A stretch of DNA of 64,000 bases from Narcine bancroftii (lineage: Eukaryota), in assembly GCF_036971445.1 (NCBI RefSeq), contig NC_091473.1, positions 89,280,001 to 89,344,000 of the forward strand, in the 5' to 3' direction. Within the stretch, counting starts at the first letter, position 1. Each line of letters starts with the position of its first letter. The position numbers and the translations under genes are program-made. A model generated the notes under the pieces. The model was not told the origin of the DNA and did no database searches. It worked only from the letters and a program-made list of their open reading frames with translations. Shown one piece after another: positions 39,394 to 51,199 of this stretch.

Positions 39394-39525
39394 GTACAAA
39401 GGTGTTGGATGAACATTTTCGGGAAATTCGTATCGTGCGTCAGCGACTTGAGGAGTCCATTGAGACAAATGAGCGACTCGGAGAGCAACTTGAAATGCAC
39501 CTCAGTACTACAACCAAAGAAAATG
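39394..39525 (+). CDS. PDE4DIP: Myomegalin exon G (GTKVLDEHFREIRIVRQRLEESIETNERLGEQLEMHL...)
   Basis: cgtag| acceptor and |gtgcgt donor, 132 nt, phase 1/1. Matches human LLEEHLGEIRNLRQRLEESICINDRLREQLE. Confidence 0.93.
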
Positions 39526-39800
39526 GTGCGTCTTTTTCAGAATCCAGTTTGTTTAGTTTTGTTGGTTGATGTTTAGAGGAAAACCTGAAATAGGATGGAT
39601 GAATTAATGAGCTCAAAATGTATCGCCATGGTGTTCCACATCTGCTGTCAGGGTGGTGGATTGATTCTTCCTTTTCATTGATCCTCCTATTCTGAGAATA
39701 GTTACACAGCAATGTCACTAAGAGAGCAAAATATTAACAGAGTCATTTCATTTCATATTGATAGTGTGTTGATACTCCAATATACATCATATATTATGAT

Positions 39801-40023
39801 TGTGTGGTGCACTGAGGCAGCAGCAAGCAAGCACAAAACTCAAAAGACTGTACAACAGGCTTTATTCCAGTAAAAGTCTGAACACCAGTTCAGGAGGTGC
39901 CAGCTCAGGTTTACATTCAGGTCGGCTCAATGACAGCCGGCTAGATGGAGTCAGCAACTTGGGTGGTCTTCCTGCAGGTACAGAGCTCGCCCCCTGCAGT
40001 ATGCTGATTATCATATCACCACA
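39801..40023 (-). mobile_element. Short solo LTR related to family LTR-s
   Basis: tgtggtg...caccaca inverted ends. Shares agactgtacaacaggcttta and ctgcaggtacag..ccccctgcagta with the 3955 copy. Confidence 0.65.
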
Positions 40024-40061
40024 GATTCTAACCAAAGCCACTAATCAAGAAGCAAAGTAAA

Positions 40062-40335
40062 TGGGTGGCACATTTAACTTGGTGGTTAGCACAATGCTCT
40101 TACAGCGCCAGCGATCGGGACTGGGGTTCAAATTCCGTGCTGTCTGTAAGGAGTTTGTATATTCTCCCCATGTCTGCATGGGATTTCCTCGGAGACTCCG
40201 GTTTCCTCCCACCCTCCAAAATGTACCGGGGGCTCTAGGTCCATTGGGTGTGATTGGGCAGCATGGGCTCATGTGCCAAAAGGGCCTGTTACCGTGTTGC
40301 ATGTCTGAATTCAAATTTATATTTAAAAAAAGTTT
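40062..40335 (+). mobile_element. HE1/V-SINE-like SINE, near full length
   Basis: Pol III A box (tggtggttagc) and B box (ggttcaaattcc), V-core gtctgcatggg..ctccggtttcctccc, and CR1-like tail gggcctgttaccgtg. Confidence 0.88.
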
Positions 40336-40359
40336 AAATTTAGAGTATATGAACTCGAC

Positions 40360-42925
40360 AAGAGTGGCAAAGCTTTGGCTCAACAGGCTTCGATGAGAAT
40401 AGATAAGAGGTGAGGAATAGTTGGATTTGAAGTCAGAAAGGGCCACCCTATTCAAGGAACAAAAATGATTCAGCAGGTAGGCACAGGTAAGGCCTGATTA
40501 AGGACAGTCAGCATGGATTTATGCATGATAGGTCGTGTTTAATAAATCTTGCAGAGTTTTTTTTTAGGAAGTTACCAAGAAGGTTGATTATGAACTTTAG
40601 GCCTTTGACAAAGTTCCTCATTCTACAAGAAGTTGGTTCAGAAGGTTAGGACACTAGGTATACATAGAGAGGTTGCAAACTGGATTTGAAATTGGCTTGG
40701 TGGGAGAAAACTGAGAGTGGTGATAGATGGTTGCTTTTCAGACTGGAGGTCTGTGTCGAGTGGTGTGCCTCAGGGGTTTGTGTTGGAACTATTATTGTTT
40801 GCTATCTATATGAATGACCTAGATGATAACATGGTGAATTGGATCAGCAAGGTTTGTCATGACACGAAGATAGGCGGCGTCATGGACTGTGGGGAAAATT
40901 TTCAAAGCTTGCAGAGAGATCTGGACCAGATGGGAAATTCTATTAGGTTTAATATAATTATAGATAGAGTTGGGGCAGGGAGACAAGTTAAAATTCAGAA
41001 ATGGGACAAGGCTGACTTTGAAGATATAAGAGAAGAACTAGCTTCAGTTAATTGGAACAGATTGTTTGAATGAAGAGGAACGTTTGTTTGAAGGAAAAGG
41101 AACTTTAAGAAAAATGAGATGTTTTAAAAGTATGTTGACAAGAGTCCAGGGCATGCATATTCCTATTAGAGTTTAAGGTCAGACATGCAAGTGTAGTGAA
41201 GCTTGGGTGACAAATGGTATCCGGACTCTGGTCAAGAGCAAGAGTGTATACCTGGGGGGAGTTTGGGGAACTGAGCAGCAACCTTAAAAAATGAAATCAG
41301 GAGGGCAAAAAGGGGACAGGAGAAAGATAATGCCAATATTTTATAAGTACATAAAGGGAAAAGGGTAACCAGAATTGGAATAGGACGCTCCTGAAATCAA
41401 TGTGGTCAACTCTGTGCGGAGCCAGAAGAGAAGTATAAGGTCCTTAACAAATTCTTCTCTGTTTTTACTGTGGCAAAAGACAAGAAGACTGGGGAACTTG
41501 ACAAGTTCGCATGACAAGTGTCATGAGATCAGTATCATAGATGGAGGTGCTAAATATTTTGATGTGAATGAAGGTAGACAAATCCTCTGGGCCTGATCTG
41601 ATATATCCAACAACACTGTGGGAAGTGAGACAATATATTGCAGGTGCCCTGGCTGAGATCTCTGAGTCATCATTAATAATGGGTGAGGTACCAGAAGACA
41701 GATGCTATGCCTTTATTCAGGAAAGGCTGCGGGGAAAAGGCTAGGAACTAGCAGGTGCAACTAACTTCTGTGATTTGCAAGTTACGAGAGAGCATCCTGA
41801 GCAAGAAGATGCACACACATTTGGATGGACAAGCAGATGGGGGATAGTCAATATGGTTTTGTGACTTGGAGGTCATCTTTCACAAATCTAACCAGAGAGG
41901 TTGATGAAGATAGATCTTGTATATGGATTTCAATAAGACACTTGATAAGGAAGGATTTGCGTGGTAGACTGCTCTGGAAAATTAGATTGCATAGGATCCA
42001 AGGTGAGATGGCCATTGCTGTTTATCATCCATATCGATTTTGTATAAAGTGAACATGGTTTGGAGACCAAGTTTGTGGATGACGGTTTAAAAGTCTTTTA
42101 TTTCTATAAAGTGAAGATGGTTGCCAAAGATTGCAGCAGGATCTTGATTGGGCAAGTGGAATGGTTGATGGAATTTAAGACAAAGAAATTTTGCGAGGTC
42201 TAAACATGGGCAGGACCTATACAGTGAATGGTAGAGATCTGGGGAGTGTTGTGCATAGTACCTTGAAAGTGGTGTCGCAGATTAGATGGTCAAAAAGGCT
42301 TTTGGCACATTGGCTGTCATCAGTTATGGCATTGAGTATGGAAGTTGGGAGGTCATGTTGCAGTTGTATAAGCTATTGGTGATGCCCCATTTAGTATTGT
42401 TTTTAGTTTTGGTCACCATATTTTTGGAAAAATGTTGTCAAGCTGAAGAAACTGCAGAGAAGATTTATGAGGATGTTGCCAGGACTTGGGGTGGGGGGGG
42501 GGGGTAGTGGGTGGTCTGGTTGGGTGAAGGGGTGGAGGGGAGCTGAGTTATAGGGAGAAGTTAACTGCTTGGCCTTTATTTCTTGGATGAAGAGTGATCT
42601 TATAGATCATGAAATAAATCGGGTTAACACAGAGTCTTTTGCCCAGAGTAGTGGTAATCAGAGGATAAGGTTGAAGGTGAGGGGGAGAGATTTAACAGGA
42701 AGCTGAGGGGTACATTTTCTTCACAGAGGGTGGTGGATGTATGGAATGGGCTGCGGGAGAATGTGGTTGAGGCAAGTACTACAAATGAAATGTTTAAGAA
42801 AAAAAAATTGGGACAAATGAGTGGATAAGATGGGTTTAGAGGGATTTGGGGCAATGAAAGGAGGTGGATTTTGGTCAGGGTGGACAAGTTATGTTGAAGG
42901 GCCTGTTTCCATATTGTGACTACAA
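40360..42925 (+). mobile_element. Composite CR1 LINE block (5' UTR fused to an RT piece, then a second copy running to its 3' end)
   Basis: ORF 40717..41073 begins with RT (SGVPQG..MNDLD..DTKIGG) and switches to upstream linker (KWDKADFEDIREEL). RT motifs recur at 41825-42500 and the 3' tail ends at about 42925. Confidence 0.8.
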
Positions 42926-43537
42926 CTTGCATTGTCTTTAATTTTCCATCTCACAAATTCTTAATTTTTGTATTTAAAACCTATTTTAACTTCATCCATA
43001 ACTTTCTGATATGTGCAATTTCTTCTGCCCTCTCTCCCCACCCCCAAGATCCACTCCCCAATTTGGGTAACTGTCAGTGGATGCCTTGGTGATGCTGCTT
43101 GGCTCTGCCCACATTTTATTGTCCACTTTCCAGAGGGCTGGAATTTCATACATAGGTCTATATGTTTCTTCTTTGTTAATGACCTGAAATTGCATGTCAC
43201 AGCTTTTGCATGTTTAGCATTTCTCATTTTGCCTTTGTGAATTTTCCTGTAATTGACACCTTTGTGCATAAATGAGTTTTGTAATAGATGCCCCTATGGT
43301 TTTCCCCTTCCTCTTATCCCCTTTTTAAAATCTGATGCGAGTGGAATAAATCTAAAAAGGACTTGCGTGTCTTCACAATTTGCATATTCCATCATCAGTA
43401 AATATGCACACAATAAATCTTTCATTGCCACAAAGTTGATAATTAGTATTAAATGAATGGCTACCAATTTCAGAAGCTGGTCAGCTGGAGTCTTTGAAGA
43501 TTTTTCATTCCTGACAGTCCCTCTTATTTTCTTGTAG

Positions 43538-43660
43538 CTGTTTCACCCACAAATGTCTACATCCAAGGGCTAGAAGCAATGACTCATTTGTCAGATGAGA
43601 ACCAAGTGCTGAAGGACGAGATCCTAACACTCCAGGGCCAGATCAATCAAATGTCCAGAG
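43538..43660 (+). CDS. PDE4DIP: Myomegalin exon H (AVSPTNVYIQGLEAMTHLSDENQVLKDEILTLQGQINQMSR)
   Basis: cttgtag| acceptor and |gtgagt donor, 123 nt, phase 1/1. Matches human NFYSQGLESIPQLCNENRVLRE..SHVSR. Confidence 0.92.
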
Positions 43661-44029
43661 GTGAGTTGCTGTCCAGGGACTGAAGACCCTCTTTAAATGA
43701 AAAATTAAGAGTTATTGATTTATCAAGAGGAACAAAAATAATCTCCTCTTTGTCTTCCCTCTCTGAGTTAAAACTGCACTAGGTTTCAGCATTCAAAGGG
43801 AAATGCGCACATTCTCAGTTTAATTCCTGTAATGTTGGACAGAATGATAGGCAACAGTTTCTTGATCAACTTTTCTCCAGACTTCCAGATTTGCTGTCTG
43901 TCATACTGTTATTTTATTGCTATTCTTTATTTTCAAGTACAGCTGAATTTAGTGACCATTTCATGCACAGTTGCTAATTATGACATTTTGTATGTTGTAA
44001 TCTGTTTTCTGTACTTCAAGCTATTTTAA

Positions 44030-44190
44030 GAACTGAAAACAGAAAATGATGGAAACATTCAGCAGTGCAGAAATCATTTGGGGAAGGAGGAAATGTTTCA
44101 GGTCTGAGACCTTTGTCTAACTTGCTAAGTGTTTCCAGAAATTTCTGTTTTTATTTCAGATTTCCAGCAGCTGCGGTTTTGTTTTTTTTG
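44030..44190. repeat. Mini inverted-repeat element built from Penelope ends
   Basis: aaacagaaaatgatggaaacattcagca pairs with tgctaagtgtttccagaaatttctgttt. Confidence 0.55.
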
Positions 44191-44544
44191 TTCAATCTTA
44201 GGAAGTGTTTCCTGATTGTCCACAGACCACAGTGTAAGTAATTGCAAACAATGAATCCAAATAATGACTGAAGTCATATCTGGCTGTATGGGGAGGCCAT
44301 GCCACTAGCACAGATCTTGACATGAAAAGTTGAGCGCTACCTCAGTCACTTAAACTTTCACAAGTATTGACCAACACTGCTTTGATAATTTAAATGATCA
44401 GGTCAGCAATGTTTGAGCTACCAATGGGATGGTATCATGTATTAATATACCCTTGCAGCTCTACACCAAATTATTTTCCTTTAAGACTCTTTGGTCACAA
44501 TGTCTGTTTGGGTTGGTATTTGTTTTTATTCTTCTTGTAACATG

Positions 44545-44808
44545 ATATCGCCTCAAACCGTGCATCTTGGCGCCTCACAGTTCGGCGGGCAGCAACCTCC
44601 TTTGAAGAAGACCGCAGAGCCCACTTCACTGTCAAAAGACAAAGGAGGAAAAACCCAACACCCAACCCCAACCAACCAAGTTTCCCCTGCAACCGCTGCA
44701 ACCGTGTCTGCCTGTCCCGCATCGGATTTGTCAGCCACAAACGAGCCTGCAGCTGACGTGGACATTTACCCCTCCATAAATCTTCGTCCGCGAAGCCAAG
44801 CCAAGACA
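44545..44808 (+). mobile_element. RTE (BovB-like) LINE 3'-end copy, about 260 bp
   Basis: Highly similar reverse complement of 45490-45745. Ends cgaagccaagccaag. Confidence 0.9.
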
Positions 44809-44809
44809 A

Positions 44810-44990
44810 AGATGCTGAAAATCTGAAATAAAAACAGAAATTACTGGACCTTCTCAGCAAAAAAAGAGAAAATCGGGGAGAGAGAAATGGATTTTCCTGA
44901 TGGAAGATGATTGATCTGAAACATTAATTCGGTTCCTTCTCCATAAATGTTATTTAAACCGACCTGTTGATATTTCCAGATTTTAATTTT
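44810..44990. repeat. Mini Penelope-end element with hammerhead-like core
   Basis: gatgctgaaaatctgaaataaaaacagaaa start. ctgatggaagatgattgatctgaaac at 44897-44922. Confidence 0.55.
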
Positions 44991-45076
44991 ATGAATGTTT
45001 TAATAAATTTACATTATAATAGCAATGAAATAAAATTATATTTATTCTGAAATTTGTTTTATTTTACCTTTTGTAG

Positions 45077-45266
45077 AACAGGCCAAAGAAATGGAACAAA
45101 TGAGAGAGACCCTTTTAACAACCAGAAGCAAATACAAACTCCTGGAGACTGAGCTGGATCATTGGAGGCAAGAGAACAAGAAGTTGCAGATGGGAGTCAG
45201 GGATAGACAGCAGGAAACACTACAACTGAGAGAGGAGCAGCGTTGCAGCAAAAACAAAACCAGCAG
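45077..45266 (+). CDS. PDE4DIP: Myomegalin exon I (EQAKEMEQMRETLLTTRS...KNKTSR)
   Basis: ttgtag| acceptor and |gtgctc donor, 190 nt, phase 1/2. Matches human EHSQETESLREALLSSRS..KQQEVLHFREE..DSR. Confidence 0.9.
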
Positions 45267-45482
45267 GTGCTCGGACTGATTTTTTTTCTCTTTTCTCATT
45301 TATTGATTGGCTAATGCCCATATTGACTGGATTACATGCAAATGGATTCACCAGGAGCATCATTTACAACCCAACGAGTTGCTAAGTAAATAATCACCAT
45401 ATATAACACATGCATTCGATTCTGGCTGCATAGAACATTACTGTTAGATCGTGTCAACTTTATTGTCATCTGATTGTACAAG

Positions 45483-46885
45483 TCTTCTTTCTTTGGCTTG
45501 GCTTCGCCGACAAAGATTTATGGAGGGGTATTGTCCACGTCAGCTGCAGGCTCGTTTGTGGCTGACAAGTCCGATGCGGGACAGGCAGATGCGGTTGCAA
45601 GGGAAAATTGGTTGGTTGAGGTTGGGTGTTGGGTTTTTCCTCCTTTGCCTTTTGTCAGTGAGGTGGGCTCTGCGGTCTTCTTCAAAGGAGGTTGCTGCCC
45701 GCCTAACTGTGAGGCGCCAAGATGCACGGTTTGTGGCGAGATCAGCCCACTGGCAGTGGTCAATGTGGAAGGCATCAAGAGCTTTCTTTAGGCAGTCCTT
45801 GTACCTCTTCTTTGGTGTACCTCTGTCTCAGTGGTCAGTGGAGAGCTCGTCATAGAACACGATCTTGGGAAGGCGATGGTCCTCCATTCTAGAGACGTGA
45901 CCTACCCAGTGCAGTTGGATCTTCAGCAGCGTGGATTCGATGCTGTTGGCCTCTGCCATCTCGAGTACTTCGATGTTGGAGATGAAGTCACTCCAATGAA
46001 AGTTGAGGATGGAGCGGAGACAACACTGGTGGAAGCGTTCTAGGAGCCATAGGTGATGCCAGTAAAGGACCCATGATTCGGAGCTGAACAGGAGTGTGGG
46101 TATGACAACGGCTCTGTATACGCTAATCTTTGTGAGGTTTTTCAGTTGGTTTTTTTTCCAGACTCTTTTGTGTAGTCTTCCAAAAGCGCTATTTGCCTTG
46201 GCGAGTATGTTGTCTATCTCGTTGTCGATCTTTGCATCCGATGAAATGGTGCAGCCGAGATAGGTAAACCGGTTGACCGTTTTGAGTTTTGTGTGCCCGA
46301 TGGAGATGTGGGGGGGGCTGGTAGTCATGGTGGGGAGCTGGCTGATGGAGGACCTCAGTTTTCTTCAGGCTGACTTCCAGGCCAAACATTTTGGCAGTTT
46401 CTGCAAAACAGGACGTCAAGCGCTGAAGAGCTGGCTCTGGATGGGCAACTAAAGCGGCATCGTCTGCAAAGAGTAGTTCACGGACAAGTTGCTCTTGTGT
46501 CTTGGTGTGAGCTTGCAGGCGCCTCAGATTGAAGAGACTGCCATCCGTGCGGTACCGGATTTAAACAGCGTCTTCATTGTTGAGGTCTTTCATGGCTTGT
46601 TTCAGCATCATGCTGAAGAAGATTGAAAAGAGGGTTGGTGCGAGAACGCAGCCTTGCTTCACGCCATTGTTAATGGAGAAGGGTTCAGAGAGCTCATTGC
46701 TATATCTGACCCGACCTTGTTGGTTTTTGTGCAGTTGGATAACCATGTTGAGGAACTTTGGGGGGCATCCGAGGCACTCTAGTATTTGCCAAAGTCCTTT
46801 CCTACTCACGGTGTCAAAGGCTTTGGTGAGGTCAACAAAGGTGATGTAGAGTCCTTTGTTTTGTTCTCTGCACTTTTCTTGGAGC
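45483..46885 (-). mobile_element. RTE (BovB-like) LINE, 5'-truncated and little decayed, inserted into a short retroposon 3' end (about 45445-47050)
   Basis: RT motifs FVDLTKAFDTVSR, GVKQGCVLAPTLF and FTYLGCTIS. tgtacaa flanks both ends. Confidence 0.93.
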
Positions 46886-47289
46886 TGTACAACCCGACTA
46901 AACCGCGTTCTCCGGCCCTCAGTGCAAAACATGCAGACACAAAGACCGACATAACACACATACAAGCAAACAATACATATGCAGGACAAGTCTTTTATCT
47001 ACACAAATAAATAAATAAATATTGGTTTTTGTACGTATGAGGGTTGCAGCTACAAAACTTACTTTGTTCAGGGACAATTACTTTCTATTCTGCAGTCATT
47101 AGTGTAGCAAACTGAGGGTCCTATTGAAATGACAGAATTTATTTGGTGGGTGTGAGACAAAAATAAAGAAGTCACACTACTGATAAATAAAAGATAACAG
47201 TAGCTTTTCCTGCTTTGCTATTCATTGAGATCATATCTGATCTTTTACATCAGTGCCATTTCCCTGCACCAATCTGATCTCTGGAATAT

Positions 47290-47760
47290 TTTTTTTTAAT
47301 TAGACATACAGCACAGTAACAGGCCCTCTGGCCCACAAGCCCGATCCACCCAAAATATCAAACTATCTATTGATCTTTATTGTGATTACGTCTCCACAGC
47401 CAGACTAAGTCGAGAATTCCAAGCCTTGCCACATTTTGAGTGGAGAATTATTTTCTCATCTGTAAATGGCCCACCCCTTAATATTAAATGAATCCCTGGT
47501 TTAAGACCTCCTAGCCAATGGACAGTGATCCACATCTATTCTGTTAAGCCATAAAATAATTTTGTACGTTGGAATCAGTTCACCCCTTAAGAGATAAAAG
47601 CCTAGTCATCTTAACCTATCCTTGTTTGAAGAGCTACTATTATCAGTCTGATAAGCCCTGAAATTGCATGCCTGAATTTGCAAATATGTTCTTTCCTGAT
47701 ATATACTATATTTCAAAATGCAGTCTTACCAAGACAAAGCATTGTGTACTCAAGTACATA
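47290..47760 (-). mobile_element. SINE/CR1 tail plus decayed CR1 3' fragment
   Basis: ttagacatacagcacagtaacaggccctctggcccacaagcc tail, then reverse-strand CR1 text. Confidence 0.5.
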
Positions 47761-48225
47761 TGACAATACAGAAAAGGTTTTGATTAGCATGCTCGCAAGC
47801 CAATCTAACTCGCACAACAGGTTGTGCAATAACAATTTTAAAAAACAGACGTCAGTCTAGAGAGTGGTGTTACAGTGGTCAAATAGTGCTGGGTATAGGG
47901 AAAAACACAAAAAAGTTCTGTTATAATAGTGCAAGGACATCATCTTTTGTCAGTGTGAGAATCATTCAAGAGCCTAATAACAGTAGGAAATAAATTATTC
48001 TGCATTGTTTTCTATTTGCCATATCCTTGCCCATTCATTAAGCGTGTCTATATCCCCTTGAAACCTCTCCTGTCTTAAAATTTAAAGGGACAACATTGAC
48101 TTTTGCTTGTCATTAAAAGTTCTTATAATTTTTTATTATGTTTTTCACTGATCATATGTGTTCTCTTTTTCATTTTCTCATCATCTTAATCATCTCTGGT
48201 GGAATTCTTGAAATCTTGTGAAATA

Positions 48226-48690
48226 CAGTGCCCTTCATATTGTTTGGGACAAAGTCATCTTTCTTCTTTGCCCTTGTTTCCACAGTTTTAAATTTGTAAT
48301 ATGACAATTCACATTTAATTAAAGAACACCTTCAAGATTTTATTCAAGGTTATTAGTATATATTTTTGTTTTCACCATGTAGAAATTACAGCTCTTTTTA
48401 TATTTAATCCCGTTTCTGGGCACCATAATGTTTTGGGACATTTATCTTCACAAGTGTTTGAGTATTCAGGTATGTTTAATTGTTTTATTGGTGCAAGCAT
48501 AAGAGCTAGGCTTGTTTCTAAGCTTTTGATCAACTTTGAAGTCTGTAGTTGCCATTTTTTAAATTAGGACCAGGACCATTTTTTAAATTAGGACCAAAGA
48601 AGACATTATGAGGCTGAAAAACCAGAATAAAACATCATCCAAGCTTTAGGATTATCAAAATCAACAGTTTGGAACATCATTAAGAAGAAA
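48226..48690 (+). mobile_element. Tc1 transposon 5' fragment, same family as 7951-9223
   Basis: TA|cagtgcccttcatattgtttgggac start, inner direct repeat at about 48415-48440, and N-terminal transposase remnant (IMRLKNQNKT..STVWNIIKK). Confidence 0.85.
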
Positions 48691-48825
48691 CCTTGCTAAA
48701 TCCCTCCATCATTTTTGTGTTTTTACCACATTCACAGCATTTGCAGTCTTTCATGTTTCACTTCATTCATCTTTGAACCTTTCTTTTCTGCTCTGACTCT
48801 GGGTTCTTTGGCTTGGCTTCGCGGA

Positions 48826-49240
48826 CCATATAACAATTGCAGTATGGAAACAGGCCATCTCAGCCCGTCTAGTCCGTACCAATTTAAGTGACCCCCTCTA
48901 GTCCCATTTACGTGCTCCCTGCCCATAACCCTCCAATCCCCTCACATCCACTCACTTATCCAACTTTTCCTTAAATGACAAAATTGACCTTGCTGAAACC
49001 ACCTCTTCCAGAAGGTCATTCCACTCAGCCACTGCTCTCTGAATGAAGAAGCTCCTTCTCGTGTTACTTTTAAACCCCTTCCCTCTAACCCTTAACTTAT
49101 GATTCCGCGTTCCGATCTCACTTACCCTCCAGGGGAAGAGTCTATTCACATCTACTCTATCTACCCCCCTCATAATTTTAAATACCTCTATCAAACTCCC
49201 CCTCAACCTCTACGCTCCAATGAACAAAGACCCAGTCTAA
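48826..49240 (-). mobile_element. CR1 3' end, relatively young
   Basis: ORF 48952..49206 (RGSLIEVFKIMRGVDRVD..FFIQRAVAEWNDL) with a ccatataac tail. Confidence 0.88.
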
Positions 49241-49921
49241 TATATCTTACTACCTTCTGCTATTACTTGGTCCTTTCCCTTGAACCAGAATCCCACTAGT
49301 TAGTTTAAACACTTACCTACAGCCCTAATTATTCAATTCACTAGGAAATTGCTCCTGGCCCAAATCAAATGTTCCCAGTTTTCATTGCTCGCATTCCAAT
49401 CTATGAGCAATGGTTTCAGTTCTTGGATTTTATTAACCTTGTGCCAATTTGCACATGGGCTAGTTATTAATCAGAGATTATTACTTCTGTAGTTCTGCTT
49501 TTAATTTGCACCCTTGTTGTTTGTGTTCTTTCAGCAGAATCTCCTTTATTATCCTGTCTATACTCTAGCCTCCACTGCACCTGATTAGAGACTGTCCATG
49601 CTAATTATGGTAAAAGAGCAAAGAACACTGCCATTCTAAATTTATTACACATCACAGGCTGGTATTCCAAGATGGGATACATCATGTGTATCAGAATGGT
49701 AGTCTGACATTGCACAATTAAAGTATCTGTAAGTGACAGTGGCTTTATGATACAGCAGAATCAGCATTTGATTTAAACACAGTGGGTACGGGGTGGGAAT
49801 CAAACTGATAAACTGGTTCATAAATAATGTAACTGCAGAACAGTGGAAATTTTCCTCCAAGCTGTGAAATTAAATGTTTGTCTTCTCTCTTCTTGCATGT
49901 TTGTTTTCTCAATCTGTCCAG

Positions 49922-50043
49922 ACTATTCCAGGAGATGACTATGCTCCAACAGCAGCTGACAGAAAGCCACCAGTTGACTCATTCCCTCCAGTCAGAAATT
50001 AAAGTATATGAGAGGATGTATGGAAGGAAAAAAACTTTTCCAG
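49922..50043 (+). CDS. PDE4DIP: Myomegalin exon J (RLFQEMTMLQQQLTESHQLTHSLQSEIKVYERMYG...)
   Basis: gtccag| acceptor and |gtagga donor, 122 nt, phase 2/1. Matches human RLQHKLVLLQQQ..SLQSELQIYEALYG. Confidence 0.93.
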
Positions 50044-51199
50044 GTAGGAACTGCTCAATGAAACAAAGGATCAAATTTTTAATTCCTTTATTTCTTCTTG
50101 TATTGTAACCTTTTCTTAAAAAAAGGCATATGATGACAGATAATTCTGAATTCCTCAATACAATTTCTGAGATGTGGATAGAAGTATACTTTTTAATCCA
50201 TTACATTTGTGAACTTTGCCTTCATTCATTTATACAATTGCCTTTACTTAGGACATTAGTTTCAGATATGGTATATCTCATTCTCAAACTGAGTGTGAAA
50301 TCTGTCACATTTTGATTATTCTTCCCTGGAGAATCCATTACAATTAAATCGTTAATCCTGCCTTGGTATGCATGAGCCAACCTAAAGCAAGTCTATTTTG
50401 AAACCAAAATTGTTCTCCAAGTTCTATTTCAAATACACAATCAGAATTATCCTGGAAACTGGGGTAGACACCATCTGTGGGAAAGGGAAACAGAATTAAT
50501 ATTTCAATTGAGGATCCTTGTCAAAGTTTAGAGAGAAAACAAGGCAGTTTTAATTTTCAAAGGGTAAGAGGACAAAACAATATTTACAATAGCCGAACAC
50601 AAGCTGCTGTGGGAATAAATTGAAGGCAAAAATTAAGTCAGAGAAAATAAATGAAGGCTTTGAAATAAAGGCAGCGAGAGAGAATATAAACAAAGTGGAG
50701 GTTGGGGGTGGAGCATGAGGCATGAAAAGAAACATATCTTTTAACAGTGGTAATTTGAAAATTGAGTCCAAAGTAAAGCAGAAATACATCTCTCTATGCA
50801 TATGGTTCACTCACTAAATTGAATTGCACACAGGAAAAACATGGTCTGCCCAATTTCTCTTTTGCATTTAAACTTCACTGTTTGATGTTTGACACACCTA
50901 GCCATGCTTAAATGTGGCAATTCAAATCAGAGAGACAGAGAACGGGAGCAAAGAGAAATAGAAAATTCAATGCAAACATATATAAAACATAAAATCAAGC
51001 AGAAAGAGTGAAAGAAAATGCCTTAGATACAAGAACGGGGAGAAAACCAGATAGTTACTAGCCACAAGAGTAGTTTGATTATTTTCAAGAAAGACCCAAA
51101 TGTTGCAAAATGCTGTTTCATTTAAAAAAGGAATTGCATTGTTTTACAGTGTCTTAATTTAGTGCCAAAAATATAAGCAAAACCAATCTTTTCAAATAA

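Noticed and set aside
40062-40140. tRNA gene suggested by A and B boxes
   Set aside because: It is the tRNA-derived head of a SINE and continues into the V-core and CR1-like tail.
44491-45855. Duplicated short ORFs (ISPQTVHLGASQ...) resembling a small gene pair
   Set aside because: They are off-frame translations of RTE 3' ends.
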